From assembly GCA_036172245.1 (NCBI GenBank), contig JAYWIR010000028.1:2852001-2916000 (forward strand): 64,000 nucleotides of DNA. Reading direction: 5' to 3'. Source of the stretch: Raillietiella orientalis (lineage: Eukaryota). Numbering within the stretch: the stretch's first letter is position 1; each line of letters starts with the position of its first letter. A program made the translations under genes and the position numbers. The notes under the pieces were generated by a model that was given only the letters and a program-made list of their open reading frames with translations, made no database searches and was not told the DNA's origin. Positions 48,300 to 61,128 of this stretch are shown in pieces.

Positions 48300-49370
48300 G
48301 AGCCTCTCGCGGAAGAAAGCTTGTTATCATTGAAGTTCCTCTAGCTGTGCAAGAAGATTCCTGTCTGTTACCGCTTGAGGATGGCATCTCTTCAGCATGA
48401 CGATGGTAGAAGGGAACACCGCTCTTTGTCTCGAAAAGTTTTTTAGCATTTTATTTTGAAAAGTGTGTCTGCCTGGCGGAAACCTTGAAGGGTTTCTGAA
48501 GGAAGGAAAGATGGATTCAGTTTCCAGTCTGTCGTGCGACAAAACCCTTTTGCACAACTTCAACGATGTTCAAGTTACTCTGAATACTCCAGATGGAGAA
48601 AAGGATAGGGTGAGTGGACCGCGGCCGAGTTCACGCTGTGCGGCCCCGAGTACTCTACCTCGAGGACTCCTGCGCTAAAGCGAGCTGCTGAATATTCCGA
48701 AGGAAGTTCTGCAGTGGTTTCCAGTGTTTTTGGACACTTGCACCCTCCCTTTGAAGTAGTAGATTTCGGAGTTGCTACTGCCGCACTGAGGTTTCCTTGA
48801 GACGTCCGTCGAAAACACTGGACACGGAGAATTGTGAACTCAAAGTTTGCCAGGCGCGGGCAGTGCGAATCCTCTCGCACCTGCTTGCTGATGGGGTTGC
48901 TCTTTGGACCACGTGGGAAAACTTTGTCGTTATCCATGGAACCCCCTTCACTAATTCCAGAGACACTGTAAGACCCTTTCCCCTACGCAACACCCTTCGA
49001 CAGGCAGTCTCGCTGAGCGTCGGAAGACCTCTGCTGCTTACGAGGGCTTGTAGCTACCTGCAGCGATGCAAGATAGATAGGACACAGAGAAGGGGATGAG
49101 ATTCATGTCTCCGTTAGATTCATGCTGAATGCAACAAGATGGTCTTATCTGAAGGACAGTATGTAGAAAGAGCTTGACGGCTTGCTCCAAACGATGCAAA
49201 GGACAGCCTCCGGCAAGGTGTAATCTGTTCCCACATCAGCAGCAAAGTTTATTTATTTGTTTTCACTTTTGTTTTTTTCCATTTTGTTTGTTACTTTTCC
49301 TCTTCTGCCGTAGAGGACCGTACCAGTCTGCGTACCGGAAAAGCTACAGCGTTCCTTCGGAATAAAAGTG
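48300..49370 (+). mobile_element. Decayed Tx1-like 3' fragment (E11)
   Basis: LPLK**ISELLLPH*G and ALWTTWENF remnants. T-rich UTR followed by GAGGACCGTACCAGTCTGCGTACCGG and AATAAA. The 5' boundary is uncertain. Confidence 0.55.
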
Positions 49371-50078
49371 TCTGGACCAACGGTTTGACTGCAGAGATCA
49401 TGGATGATTTTTTTTATATTAAATAAATTGCTCGACGAATCAAAGTGGCAGTCCACTTCAACGATGCGGTTGCCTTCCCAGAATGTCATCCCGTGACGAC
49501 CTTCTTGTGAACAAAAGGTGTAGCCACACGGGTGCTTCAGATTGCGTATCTTTGCCAATTGTAAGACTGCAGCTACGTGGAGACATGCAGGAAATCCAGA
49601 TGACGTGGATTTGGCAATGATCTTGGGGATAGGTTGCACGCGACTGTGTGCTGCAGCTGTGGTGCTGCTTCAAGCAGAGCTGCATGAGCTTCTCCTGACC
49701 GTTTGCGTCCACGATCTCCGGCGTGGCATCAGTGAATTTGCCTGCAAGGCACTGCTGCCCGCTCATGTTCGTCGCAAAGAAGAGGACGGTCAGCGTGTTC
49801 AAATGTGTTTCAGAAACACTAAGGTTCATGCTCCACTGACGGCAAAGTCTTCTGATGCATTTTCCGGATGACTGAGTCGGCTTTTTGTGTGGAGCGTTTT
49901 CGCGCTCGGCAAAGTGCACGCCACAGAATGCTCAATCACAATTAGACGCTTCTCCACGTGGATAAAAATTTGTTTTTCTCCTGCTGGGCTTACTGTTTCT
50001 TTCATGGTTTCCTCTGGATAAGGCACAGGCCTTTGATATCGCCTTATTGCAGCATCTGCGAACTAGGAGCTTGTGGCC

Positions 50079-50104
50079 GTGTGTGTGTGTGTGTGTGTGT
50101 GTGT
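50079..50104 (+). repeat. (GT)n microsatellite
   Basis: Seen directly in the sequence. Confidence 0.9.
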
Positions 50105-52539
50105 CTGCCGGTGAACGTTTGTCTCTGTTTTCTACAAATGTTTCACTACTGGAATTGCGATCTGAGCTCCGTGACAGTTCGCCAACACGCATTGTGAAGG
50201 AAGGGACATTCGCTCCTGCTGTGTCCCGACTCTTTGCAGTGGTGGCAGTGCGGGGCCTCTTGCAAGCTTTTATGGAGTGGCCCTGCTTTCCAAATGAAAC
50301 GCCGTACTCACGGGAGCGCGCCTTGCCGATGTCCAAACTGCTTGCATCCCGCAAAAAACGTGAATTCCGGGAGGGGACGGACCGGCACGTTCTGGGAGAG
50401 TGCCTCGAGGCACACTTCTCCCGGGATCTTCCTTTCATTGTAAATCTTGACTACAGCCATCGACTCACCTGCAAATACGTCCTATATCAAGTTGCGCAAC
50501 TTCGCTATTTGTGGTTTGCCATATTGCGTGAGAAATTCCCACACGACCACCTCTCCTGCTCGGCGGATTCACTGATTGCTGACAGGTATACAGATGTGTA
50601 CCTTGTTTCTCCCATGCTGCGCAAGTGGTGTCCATTTATCACCATTCCTTGCCCCAGCAGCTATCCCCTCAACTTTTCATCAATGAAGTAAATAGTAAAG
50701 TGCATTCCACTTGAAGTGATGACTTTAATATCTGATAAATTAACTTCGTTTATGCAACCCAATTGCGATCTCCTGCATTTCGAAATGGCCTGTCTTGAAG
50801 GTCACCGTTCTGACCTCCTCGACTTTCCAGACGGGTTCTCTGAACCTTGTTGTTCCAAACATGGAGGGCGTGGTTCTTTTCGAGATTGCTATCGACGGCG
50901 CGTGCAACGCTGCTGCTTCCGACTTCTTGACCGTTGCGTACGACGGAAGCGGAATCGTTACTCCCGACGCTTGCGCGATTATGTCGTTGCGAGGCGCCGT
51001 CAGGCACAAGTCCACTGTTTTTTTCTCCGCACTTAGTCGCAGTTCCTGGAGTCCTTCCTTCTTTCAGCAGTAACAGCTGGCTGGGAAGGGAGAACACACA
51101 AGGGTTAACAACTACTCAATGTACTAGGCGTTCACTTGACTTACGCGCTTCGACCCTGAACCATTAAAGAGCAATCCCTCGAATGCCGCAAGCGCGACCT
51201 CAGTGACGCTTTAAAGGCCGTGACCAAGGAAACATTTCTTGTGACTTTAGCAGCAGGCGAAGAAACGCTCCAGTGCAACCAGAGAGACCCTTCTGAAGAA
51301 ATCGGCGGAGTGTCAGTTGCAGTGAGGAGAGGATAGCTAAAAGCTCCAACAGATGTTCCGCAACCTTTTTTTCTAGCGCTCTGCTCAGCATGAGACCGCC
51401 GTGCCATGAGGAAAACTCGTTCGAAGGTTTCTCCTTCGAACGAGACTGCAGCGGCTTTCGCTGCAGTCATCGCGTCAGGTGTGTTCACTTTGATTACCAC
51501 CAGAGATGCCCAGAGATGCGAGTAGATAAAGACCGGAGCGCTGGAAAAACTGCACATCGAGCCCGAACCGCGCGAAATGCTATGCTCTCATGCGGGTTCC
51601 ACTACGAAGTGGTGTTCGCCTGCATCGCCGTAAGGCGCATCATCTGCGCAAAAGTGGATGCTCGGTGCAGGAAAACGTTCAGTCGCGATGAGCACTTTGC
51701 CAAACCTTTCCAACTCTCCACTGTCCCGGGGGAATGATTCACGAAAGAAAGCACTGTGAGTGCAGCTTGGCGATCAAATTCTCCGCTGTTTCGTGATGCC
51801 GACGGTCTTCTCGCCAGATTTGGCGAGGTGCAAGCCACCATATTCTTATCGATGATGAGGGAAATCACGTCATCTCATATTCCGTCCGAGGCGTCGAGGA
51901 ACGTGAACGGGTTTGAGAACCTCGAACAGAGACGAGCTGTAGTCTTCTTCTTGCGTCCCTACAGAATGCCGCTCCTGCAGGGGATATACAAGATCTTGTA
52001 TGAGCAGGCTGCCGAGATTCCTCATTCGGTCACGCAGTGCCGTTTATTTTATAACAAGTGAACAAGTTACGAAAAGGGTTCTCAATCTAAACAAAACAGG
52101 CATTGAAGAGGATTTATTGGCATGCAGGATGGGGTAACAAAAGTTGAGAAAAGGACAGGGATCAGGGAGCAACAAAAGGAAAATTAAATGCAGTGGAATA
52201 ATACAGTGGTTTTTGAGATCTCTATGAGAGACGACGCGATGAAAACAAAAAGCACCAGGAAAGTATCAGAGCAATAAAAAAAAAAAATAAAAGAGTGGGA
52301 GGGGGCAAAGTTCACCATAGTTTGGGGTGCTTAACTGTTCACCTGACAACTGTGAATGATTTTAACCACTGCCTCTTCCTTCAGCTGAGGCCATCCTGCA
52401 GCCATCTTCTCGTAATCAGAGGCCAAAATTCCACCTCCCTTTGCTGAGCTGTCGTCTTCATCACCTAGCGGACCTTAAGAGACTGACTCAGCAAAAGTTG
52501 CAGACCTCGAAGATCTTCTAGGCTCATTTCTATGTGAGG

Positions 52540-53350
52540 AGCTCATGATGCAAGGGAATGAGCCACCATGCAGTGAAGTTCATAAGGAGGCAGGTGTTCT
52601 AACATTGAGCTTTTAGTAGCAAGGCAAGTTGTCCCAGAGGGAAACCAAATTCTTTTTAGGTGTGCAGAAAGTGCGGCCGCAACGAAAGCAGTCCTTGGTT
52701 TATGGTGCAGTGCCGAAAAAGGCGCGCAGGGAGACACCAAGGCATACAGCAACGTTTGGTACATATCGCCAGTGTACAAAGCTGCATCTGCAGTCCTATC
52801 TTTTCCATGGTCAGGATGACCAAGCCAGCATCCTGGCGTGGCGCCACCAAGGATGCTGTCTTTCAGTGAGACCCGGGACCTAACAGAGCCCCACAGGAAC
52901 GTGTAACAGGAGCCACGCTCGAAACTTGACAGAATAAGGGGGCAAGCAAACAAAAAAAAGAAAGGAGGAAGAGAGGGGCAACGAAGCTGTTCCAATGGAG
53001 CCCCGCTCCGACAAGGGAAAGTTGCCCCACAGGAAGGGGCCATGAGCACACTCTGCCTTCCGAAGGCACTCCGATCACCCTTCTGCAGAGCAGAGGTCGC
53101 TACACCAAAAAGCACCTGCCCAAGCGGATCCCCGGGCGGATCCAGTTGGGGTGTCCGTCCCACGTCGGGCGACCACATCCTCGCTCCTGTTGACACTCAT
53201 GCCCGCCCCCCGAGGGATCAGCTCGAAGAAGTCCTCGAGACGGGAGTGGTCAAGGAGAAGCGGGTCATCTGCACAGGCGCCCACGGCAGGCGCTCCCGGG
53301 CAGTAGCTTGGCGGGTTGGTCAAAGTCAGCGTGCAACCTTACCTATCTCC
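52540..53350 (-). mobile_element. Decayed Tx1-like RT C-terminal fragment (E12)
   Basis: CPGAPAVGACADDPLLL..LEDFFELIPRGAGMSVNR and LWGSVRSRVSLKD match E5/E8. Confidence 0.75.
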
Positions 53351-54599
53351 GCGCCGCTCCCGTGCGTGGCACGTTAACAGTGAAGTTAGTGAAAAGTTTG
53401 CGGAAGAATTACGATTATTTCATGTTCATTGTGCTCCGTAGATGTTCCCTTCTTGTTCACAAACAATCCTGGTTTTGTAGTGGTTATTGTGGCAAATTCA
53501 ATCCGTATTCTCCTTTAGCCACCCGCGGCTTGACTAGAAAGCCGTTGCTTTGTCACCGTACGACTTGCTGTGATGTTACCCTCAATCTAAATGATTTTCA
53601 TGACTTAACCACTCACTCCTTAAACTCTTCTCGAAATTATGTCTAGCACTGCACTTTTGTTTTTGCAAACTGTCTTAATCCACAACGGTTGCAGTGGCAC
53701 GACACTGGTCGATTGCCTTTCTTGAAGTGGATTCCGAATAGAAAGTAAGGACGCAATCAGCCATTTACGTGCATTGCTGAATGTGTGTTTCAGTTTTGAA
53801 TTGGTGGTTAAGCAGTCGACAGTTGGGTGAAATTCGCAATTTTCCAAGATGGCGGCGCGCCGCTCGCGATCGTGCCTGTACCTGCGCGAGCCCTCGCGCG
53901 CAGGCAGTGTCGCTGCTGTGGCCATGGCGCTCGCGGTCGAGCCTGTACTTTCGAGCGTAAGGTGCTGCGCTTTCAAAAATGGAGGAAATTCGTACTTGAA
54001 AGCTCACTATAAAACAACAACAGGCAATAAGTATATTTGTAAGGAAGTTCCTCACTGCCCTGGTGTTAGACGTGACATAACTCTTTGAAACAAGGAAAGT
54101 TGGAAAGCAAATTTTGGAGCCCGCTCTTTTAGACTCCCAGCGTGGTGATCTTTCTGTGCATTTCCTTTTGCCGTCCTCGCCCGTGCTTATTCCCGGCTGT
54201 AAATTCGCATCCCCGGCCGAAGAAATCTTTCCCGTAACCTGAAACATCATCTCACACGTATTCATGGTGTCACTGCCCAACTCTCTTTTTGCTTTTGTGA
54301 CCAATGTGACTTCACCAATGCGGACCTGTTTGACCATTCCTCTGCCTCGAATAAGTGTGACTACTGGGTTTGAACTGCTGAATTTCCTGCCGCTTGGAAA
54401 AAATTCAGCATCCTTGCCCGTTTGGTCCGTCTGGCCTTGGCCGTAAAAACCACTGCTCAACCCGCGGCCGAACATCGCACGGCACATGAAGAACCACAGA
54501 ACCGTCAACATATGAAATCCTTTACGAAGAACCCGACCCAAGTAACATAACCACATACGAACAGCTCATGGAAAATCAATTTGCGACTTCTCCAGAAAT

Positions 54600-55400
54600 T
54601 TCACTCCAGTACCAATCAGCGCCCAAAGCAACTCCTCAACGTCTGCCTGACAACTCCTTGATACCTAAACCACACCCTGAAGTGTCGCCTGCACAGCGAG
54701 ATGTAATTGCTATTCTCCAACAACACAAAGACGTGCTTTAATCTTTGCCTTCCGAATTCCTCTGATTGACCAATACACCTTCCCCCACACTGTCTTTTTA
54801 GGAAGTTATCATAATGACCTATCACCACTGGCTTTGCCTCAATTATTATGTACCTTGTCCTCTCATCACTGACGTTGAATGATCCGGTAAAAGGTCAGCC
54901 TCGCGTCATTTTCACGAGAATGCAAGTCCCTATTGCATCCTCACTACTCCCCTCTCTTATACCCCAATCCCTATCCTTCATAATAACAGAAAGTACCTCA
55001 CCCATTGAAATGAGACTTCTCGAAAAGATTCCCTCTTCGGTCTAAACGTCACGCGAAAGTTCCCCCATGCAGAGGTCACCACCCACCGTGCATACTCCCG
55101 CACAACGACAAAACTGTGTTCGAACTCAAATCAAAAAACCCCTTCTACCTTTCACTTTGCAGCCACCACACACTTCCCCTTCCTGTTCCCGACATCTCGA
55201 TAGTGCAAAACACATCCTCCAAAGCGTCATCCTAATCCAGTACCACGTGGACTCCGACGATCTCATCGACCGTATTTAGCCACACTACATCAGTCGGACC
55301 CTTGCTGTCTATCCTTCCTCCCCACAACATCGCAATACGTGTGCCAACGAACCCTGGAGAAAATGGGATAAGATGCCGCAAAATATACCGGGCACGACTT
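54600..55400 (+). mobile_element. Possible L1-like 3' remnant (C/A-rich strand bias)
   Basis: Strong C/A strand bias and a weak degenerate knuckle-like stretch (SPSCSRHLDSAKHILQS). Confidence 0.25.
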
Positions 55401-55859
55401 GTGTTAAAAGCAAAAAGCAGCCCTGTCGAACCGACTCCCTCTTCCGAAGGTGCTCTTTGGAACAGCTTCCTGCTTAGTAGACAAACTAGTAGATAGAAAA
55501 TGAAACAACTACGGCAGAAAATACTTTGGGAGCATTTTCAGCTACGTGTGAGGCTCAGACTCTTGTAACGTCTGTGAGAAAAAGGGGGTTCAGGGAAGAA
55601 GAAGCGGAAGTGACCCGTGTTTCTGGACCTGCAAAACATCCTGTGTTTCGCCATCCAATCGGGAAAGTGCACTTATGTGGAGCACAGGGCTTTGCCGCAG
55701 CTGCAGGACAACTCAAGAGGACCGATGTCTATCTTTATAGGCAAACATGAAGAGTGAGGAGACATCGACCTTAATTGGTAGGAGAGGCAGCTTTTTCACT
55801 CTGATTTGCAGGCTCGTTTATTATTAAAATTTCAACAACAAAATTTCATAACTTTGTGT

Positions 55860-56270
55860 GTCTATGTTTTTTTCTTCTGAGGCAATACACGTGGTTCCGC
55901 CTGTCTTGAAACATTTCCCATTACCTGCTCGCAGGCCAGTGAGGTCCTCTTCACTGACCAAGGGGGAGGGAAAATCACAAAAAAATAAACGAAAACAGAA
56001 GAAGAGTTTTCCGATGTTTTCCATGGGGGGGAGAACAGGGAAGGCATCACCGTCCGCCGCGAGTGATCCTCTGCACCCGGTTTTAGATGCGGACAAGTGC
56101 TGGTCGTATGATCCGTAGCCGGAGCCATCGGGAAGCCTTCTCCATGGGGATTGCCGCCCAGTGAACGGCATTCCTGCTGTTGTGTGTTCCTTGCATTGCA
56201 GACTATTTTGCCAGGATTCCGCGTGTGCTACAGAAGCTGCTGCTGGCAGGGCGTCCCTCATCAGGAACTG
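55860..56270 (-). mobile_element. 3' fragment of the E4/E5 Tx1-like family (E13)
   Basis: LMRDALPA; TTGTCCGCATCTAAAACCGG; UTR CAGTGAAGAGGACCTCACTGGCCTGCGA...CAAGACAG, homologous to 26090-26290. Confidence 0.8.
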
Positions 56271-57916
56271 AGGAAAAATGCTGTTTGAGGTTTTGTTGGA
56301 GGCTGTGGAAGTTGTTCCAGAATTCACTGTTCTGAGGAAAGTTCACCTGAACTGCTGGCAATAACTAGGTGGTTAATCAAGAGCTAGAATTAAATGGCAA
56401 TCACAAAAGCTTTCGGTTGCGATTCACGCTTTAAACAAGTTTCGCTTCAAAAAGTCGAGGACTGCTCTCTTCCGGTTCTGGATGTGCGCGGACAACCCTG
56501 CTCCTTGCACTCGAATGCTGGGAATTCTTACCAATGTGTTCAGATGTTTGCGCGTACGTCGCCGAAGTGAATGGAAGAAACCCTTCGTTCGTGCATCATG
56601 CAATAAGTTGCTGTGTTTAGTCGTGCAGTGAGACCACTGCTACAAATGCGTAGCCACAGTAAAATCTGCGGGACTATCTTGCTTTCGTGTTACTGATTTC
56701 TCTCATCGAGTGAGAAGAATTTACAACGAAATCTGAATGAGGGTTAGAAACGGCAAAAGCTGAGTTGAGGACCCTAGGTGAAGTGTCATGAAAGCATATC
56801 CTATGAAACCATGGTTCCCCACAGAGTACCTTCATTTTATTTTCGTACAGCAAAGGGCCGTTTATTTGCCTGAATTTTGATTACTGTGTCTTGCTGAACG
56901 TCACTGTGCATTGAAGGTCCACGAATTTGCAATCAATGCTGAATGGCGTCTCGAACACTGAGTCTTCTCCAACTTTTTGCGTCCTAGAATAAAAGTCTGT
57001 TAAATACAGAAAGCTTTCATATCGTGCCGTATGGTGCTTCCGAACGTCGTGTTCTGAACAAATTACTGACACCGTCCTGAGAGAGCTATGAGCATTTTCC
57101 TCATAGGTTCCATCAGTGAACATCTGTGAATTAGCGTTGCTTTCCAAATGTTAAGGATCATCTACGATAATGTGCTCAATCTTAGTGGCTTCCAGATTTT
57201 AGAAAGAATGAACACGTCAAGAGAAAGCAGTACGCAATCAAGCAATGAGTATTTAGTCGACATATTTTGCATGCAGTTGCCACTTCAGAGCCATTTCCAA
57301 AAATCTTATCAAGAAATTCATCACTTCCTGGTAATACCAATCTCAATGATAGGTGGCAGAGAAAACCTTTTTTTTTTTTAATCTATTTGTTTACTATTTT
57401 TATCTATCTACTAAAAACCTGGTATGTAAACTGACCACCTGCCACCACGTATATAATAATGTGAAAAAAATTCTTACGTTTTGGAAGCGAATTGAATGTC
57501 GCATGAACAGTTCCGCTGGGTAGGATGAATTATGACAGACACTGGAATTGACCCGCCTGTGGAAGACTGGTGGCATCCGTTAGAGTTTGCTTGGGAGACT
57601 TGTTAACACTACCGTTACATCCAAGTGACAAAGTTCGTCATTCCTAGAGAGGTCGCAGGGTGACCATAAGATCTCACATTGGCTTTTCACTTTGGTATCT
57701 CTGTCGAAGACTTTGAATACACAGGGACCGCGATTGTTTTCCATTCGCAAGTTTACACTTGCATAAACAAAATAGTAGTTGGTACCAAAGTAGTGGAATG
57801 TGAGTGCGAAAACCATCACGCGAAGGAACTAAAAAAATGAAGTTTAACACACGTAATAGAATGACGTGGGAAAGACTTAGTGTTCGAAATCACGCAGAGC
57901 AAAAAGTGGATACTTG

Positions 57917-58844
57917 TGCCGGAGTCGGAGGCCTTGTGGTTTAGGCTTCCGCGTGTAATACCACGCGTCGCGGGTTCGAATACTCCGGCAGAAACTCTGA
58001 CGCCACCGCGTCGTCGAGTTACGAGTTTCTCCTGCAATGGCGGTGGTTGGCCTAATCATTCGGGCGTGGCACCGGCGGTGGTTTGATCCGGAGGCCACCG
58101 ATGAAGGCCGGAACAATGGAAAATTGACCTTCGGGTCCTCCCAGGAATCAAGGAGTGGGGAATTCCCCCTCCGGTCGTGCAACGGAAAGCGGACCCCCCC
58201 ACGGGAGGACCCCTCCGGTTTCAAGATGGAGCAAGAGCCCTCACGGGCACCTCTCCAGTTGTTCAAAGGAGCAGATCCCCCTGTTGTGGGGGGGACCCTC
58301 CGAGTCGTCGCCTCTTCACACAGTGTGCACAAGGAAGCAAGCGAGAGCGATTCCCCTGCGGGAAGCTGCAGCGCCCCTTCTGAGTTTCGGGAGCGTCCCT
58401 TCGGGGTTCTCTTCAGAGGAGTGAACAGGAGCGGTTCCCTTGCGGGTTCCCTCCGGAGAAGGTGGAATGGAGAGGACCACCCCCTCCCGGGGGACCCTCC
58501 GGAGAGAATGAGGAAGGAGATTCCCTTCGGGGTTTCCCCTTCGGAGACAACCAGGGTGGGAGGTGCGATCCCTCCCTTCCGGGGGGATCCCTCCTCAAGC
58601 GTGAGAGGAACGGACTCCGAGCCCTTCCTGGATTCATAGGGCGGACCCCATTCCGGGGTGCCCTTCTGCGGGCTGCTGCGGGCGGAGGGGCGTGGAAACA
58701 AAGCAGTGTGTTAATGTTTAAAAAGAACCACGTGCGCCGCGAGGCACGCGACAGGCTCTGAGGTACTTAGCGAACCAAAAAAACTCTTAAAAAAAAAAAC
58801 TGAAAGAAAACAGCGAAAAAAAAAGCCAAGGATCTCTCCATCGT
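57917..58844 (+). mobile_element. Long tRNA-headed SINE-like repeat, copy A
   Basis: Head: TGCCGGAGT/ACTCCGGCA closing stem, A-box-like AGGCCTTGTGG, B-box GGTTCGAAT (57973-57981). GC-rich body. A-rich tail after GGTACTTAGCGAACC. Homologous to the inverted copy at 61129-62128. Confidence 0.7.
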
Positions 58845-61128
58845 CCTGGAGTAGATGAATAAGTGGATGGATGGATGGAAAGTGCAACTCTTCCGGATGT
58901 TCTCAGTCACAACAGCATCGTGAAACCTCTATTTTGAGTCGAAAAATCTTAAGTGCTTTACAATGAGAACCCAAGTATTGTCTAGAATACTATTGGCGAT
59001 ACTTAACTTCACCATCAAAGACACCCATTTTGTTTTTTTCAAGCCACAATCTCCGTTATATCGGATCACCTGCTGAGATCGGATATAACGGAAGGTACTA
59101 GGTACACTTATGTGCCGGAGACACATTGAAAACCGCGAGAGGCGTTCTCAAGAAGGTTCTCAGATAATGCAGGCCAACCAAAGAGAGAATGCTGTTATTG
59201 GAGCAAACGTTGCAACGTTGAGATAAAACCCATTCCAAGCATTCTCACCATGAAAGCAACCTACGATCATATCGTCATACTTGCTGAAAACGCGAATTCT
59301 TGCGAAGGCTCACTCATCAGAGATCGAGGACCATAGGTCACCATTTTGAAAACCAAGAATTTTTTTTCATTCTGCAGCAAACAGACCTGCAGAATGTCTC
59401 CCGGTTCACAAACCGAGAACCGACTAAAAGGCGTTTGGTTTAAGCAGAGACGTACACGCAACTTCCTACCATGTTATGCATCCTTGGAAGCGTTTGCTTT
59501 TTTCTTCCTTCAAACAGGAATAGGCAATTCACTGAAACTCCGAGAACAGAAGCGCCAGGCTGAGTCAATTCTTGGCAACTGGATGGAGATTCCATGACGA
59601 TCCTTTATTTGCTCTCACTCGCTTGTGGGCGTTCCAGAGATGGCGTGTGGACCGAAATTCGGAAAACATGTAGTCATCCCCCCCCCTCCCCTAAAAATCT
59701 GAAAAACAATCGTGCGTTTGATATTTTCATTTTTGCAACATGTGCATATGAGTACCATAAAAGGTCTTCCGAAGAGAATTCCGAAACCATCCTGCCGTCT
59801 GTGTGTGGTCTTTCTGGAAAGAACAACATTTCATGCTTTCCACAAGTAGGAAATCGTTTTAAAAAGCAGCATTCGTGAACTTCATTAAATAAGCACGTGC
59901 ATAATAAGCACAAACCAATGTTGCCTGGAACACATCCTTAATACATGTTGCAAATCTAATATGAAGCAGAGAAGAAATTTTCCAATTTTCATATTATTAG
60001 GAAGAATCTTCGAAAGTTAATCTTCTTATCAGTGCGAAGATTGCAGATGCATCATTCGAAAGTTCCCGAAAGCTGGAGTGCTCTTCAGGTGCCTCGCTCG
60101 AGGCAAATTCCTCCAAGTATTTGCTCGTGCCGCCTGTTTGCTTCTTCGGGAGTCCACCGTGGATGGCAGAAACGCGGTTTCCAGAGTAGCAAGCAATGGT
60201 TTCTCCAGATTATCCACGCCGACACGTGTTCGCACCAGTGTCGGCGAAGACGGGAACAGGAATCACTGGGGCAACTGAAACACGTGTATACATCTGCGCG
60301 TTCTATTTTTAAACGCGAATGGTGTTTGGGCTGAATCTTTCCTTATCAAGGAATCCTTACAAATTATGTCCTTGCCGTTACTTTGATGGTTGGAGGATGC
60401 CTTTCAGATCCCCTACGAGATCGCACGGGTCCTCGATCGAAGAAAAGAAGTGAAATTCAATCTTCCTGATCTGCACGGTGATTCTTCAGCTTTTGAATTC
60501 CACAATGCTTCGTATTCTCTAAAACAGCAAAAGCATTTTTTGTGCTTGCAGCAAGGTAGCTGTATTTCGCATGTTCTCGTTCACCGCTTTTATTCATGCA
60601 GCCAACGGACAGCTCGTAAGCATTACCCACAAAATATCGGCACTCTGTGCAGCCGTAAATGCGGAAACAAAAATCAAACAGACCCAAAAGCAACGAGATT
60701 GTACAAATTCACAAAAAATTCTTTACAAGGGCGTATCAAGTAATCGAATTGGGATGGTGGTGGAAGTACCATTGCTCACCAATTGCATTTTTCTGTCTCC
60801 TAAATGACTGATGACATTCTGCAAGTTCAATGCACTGAAATGAGCAAAATGAAAAAGACGTTGCCGTTTAAGAAGGAAATGATGTCATAGTACTCTTTTA
60901 GTGGCGGTTCCATGGAAGGTGCCTTACTACATCACACAAGAGACCTGCAACTTACTATTTGCTATTCCACACAGTCTGCACTCAGACAGTGTGGGCACCA
61001 AATCTCTGTGCATTTATTCTGTGAATGAGAGAGCCGTTGCAGACAAGCAGATATAACGGTATCGCCTATTTTCTTTTTCCTTTTTTTTTTTTTTTAAAGG
61101 CCAGTAGCGACCTTACGAGGAGATCGTT

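Noticed and set aside
57917..57990. Functional tRNA gene
   Set aside because: No T-stem pairing, a 6-nt anticodon-like loop and wrong arm spacing; it is the head of a larger repeat.
57877..58701. 274-aa (-) and 200-aa (+) ORFs inside repeat copy A
   Set aside because: GC-rich, low-complexity translations whose frames are not preserved in copy B, so probably chance ORFs.
58720..58780. HDV-like ribozyme in the SINE-like tail (ending GCGAA)
   Set aside because: The pairings are nested hairpins; the P1/P2/P3/P1.1 pseudoknot order could not be built.
60967..60994. Small hairpin as a Helitron 3' end
   Set aside because: No CTRR terminus at the expected distance and no other Helitron features.
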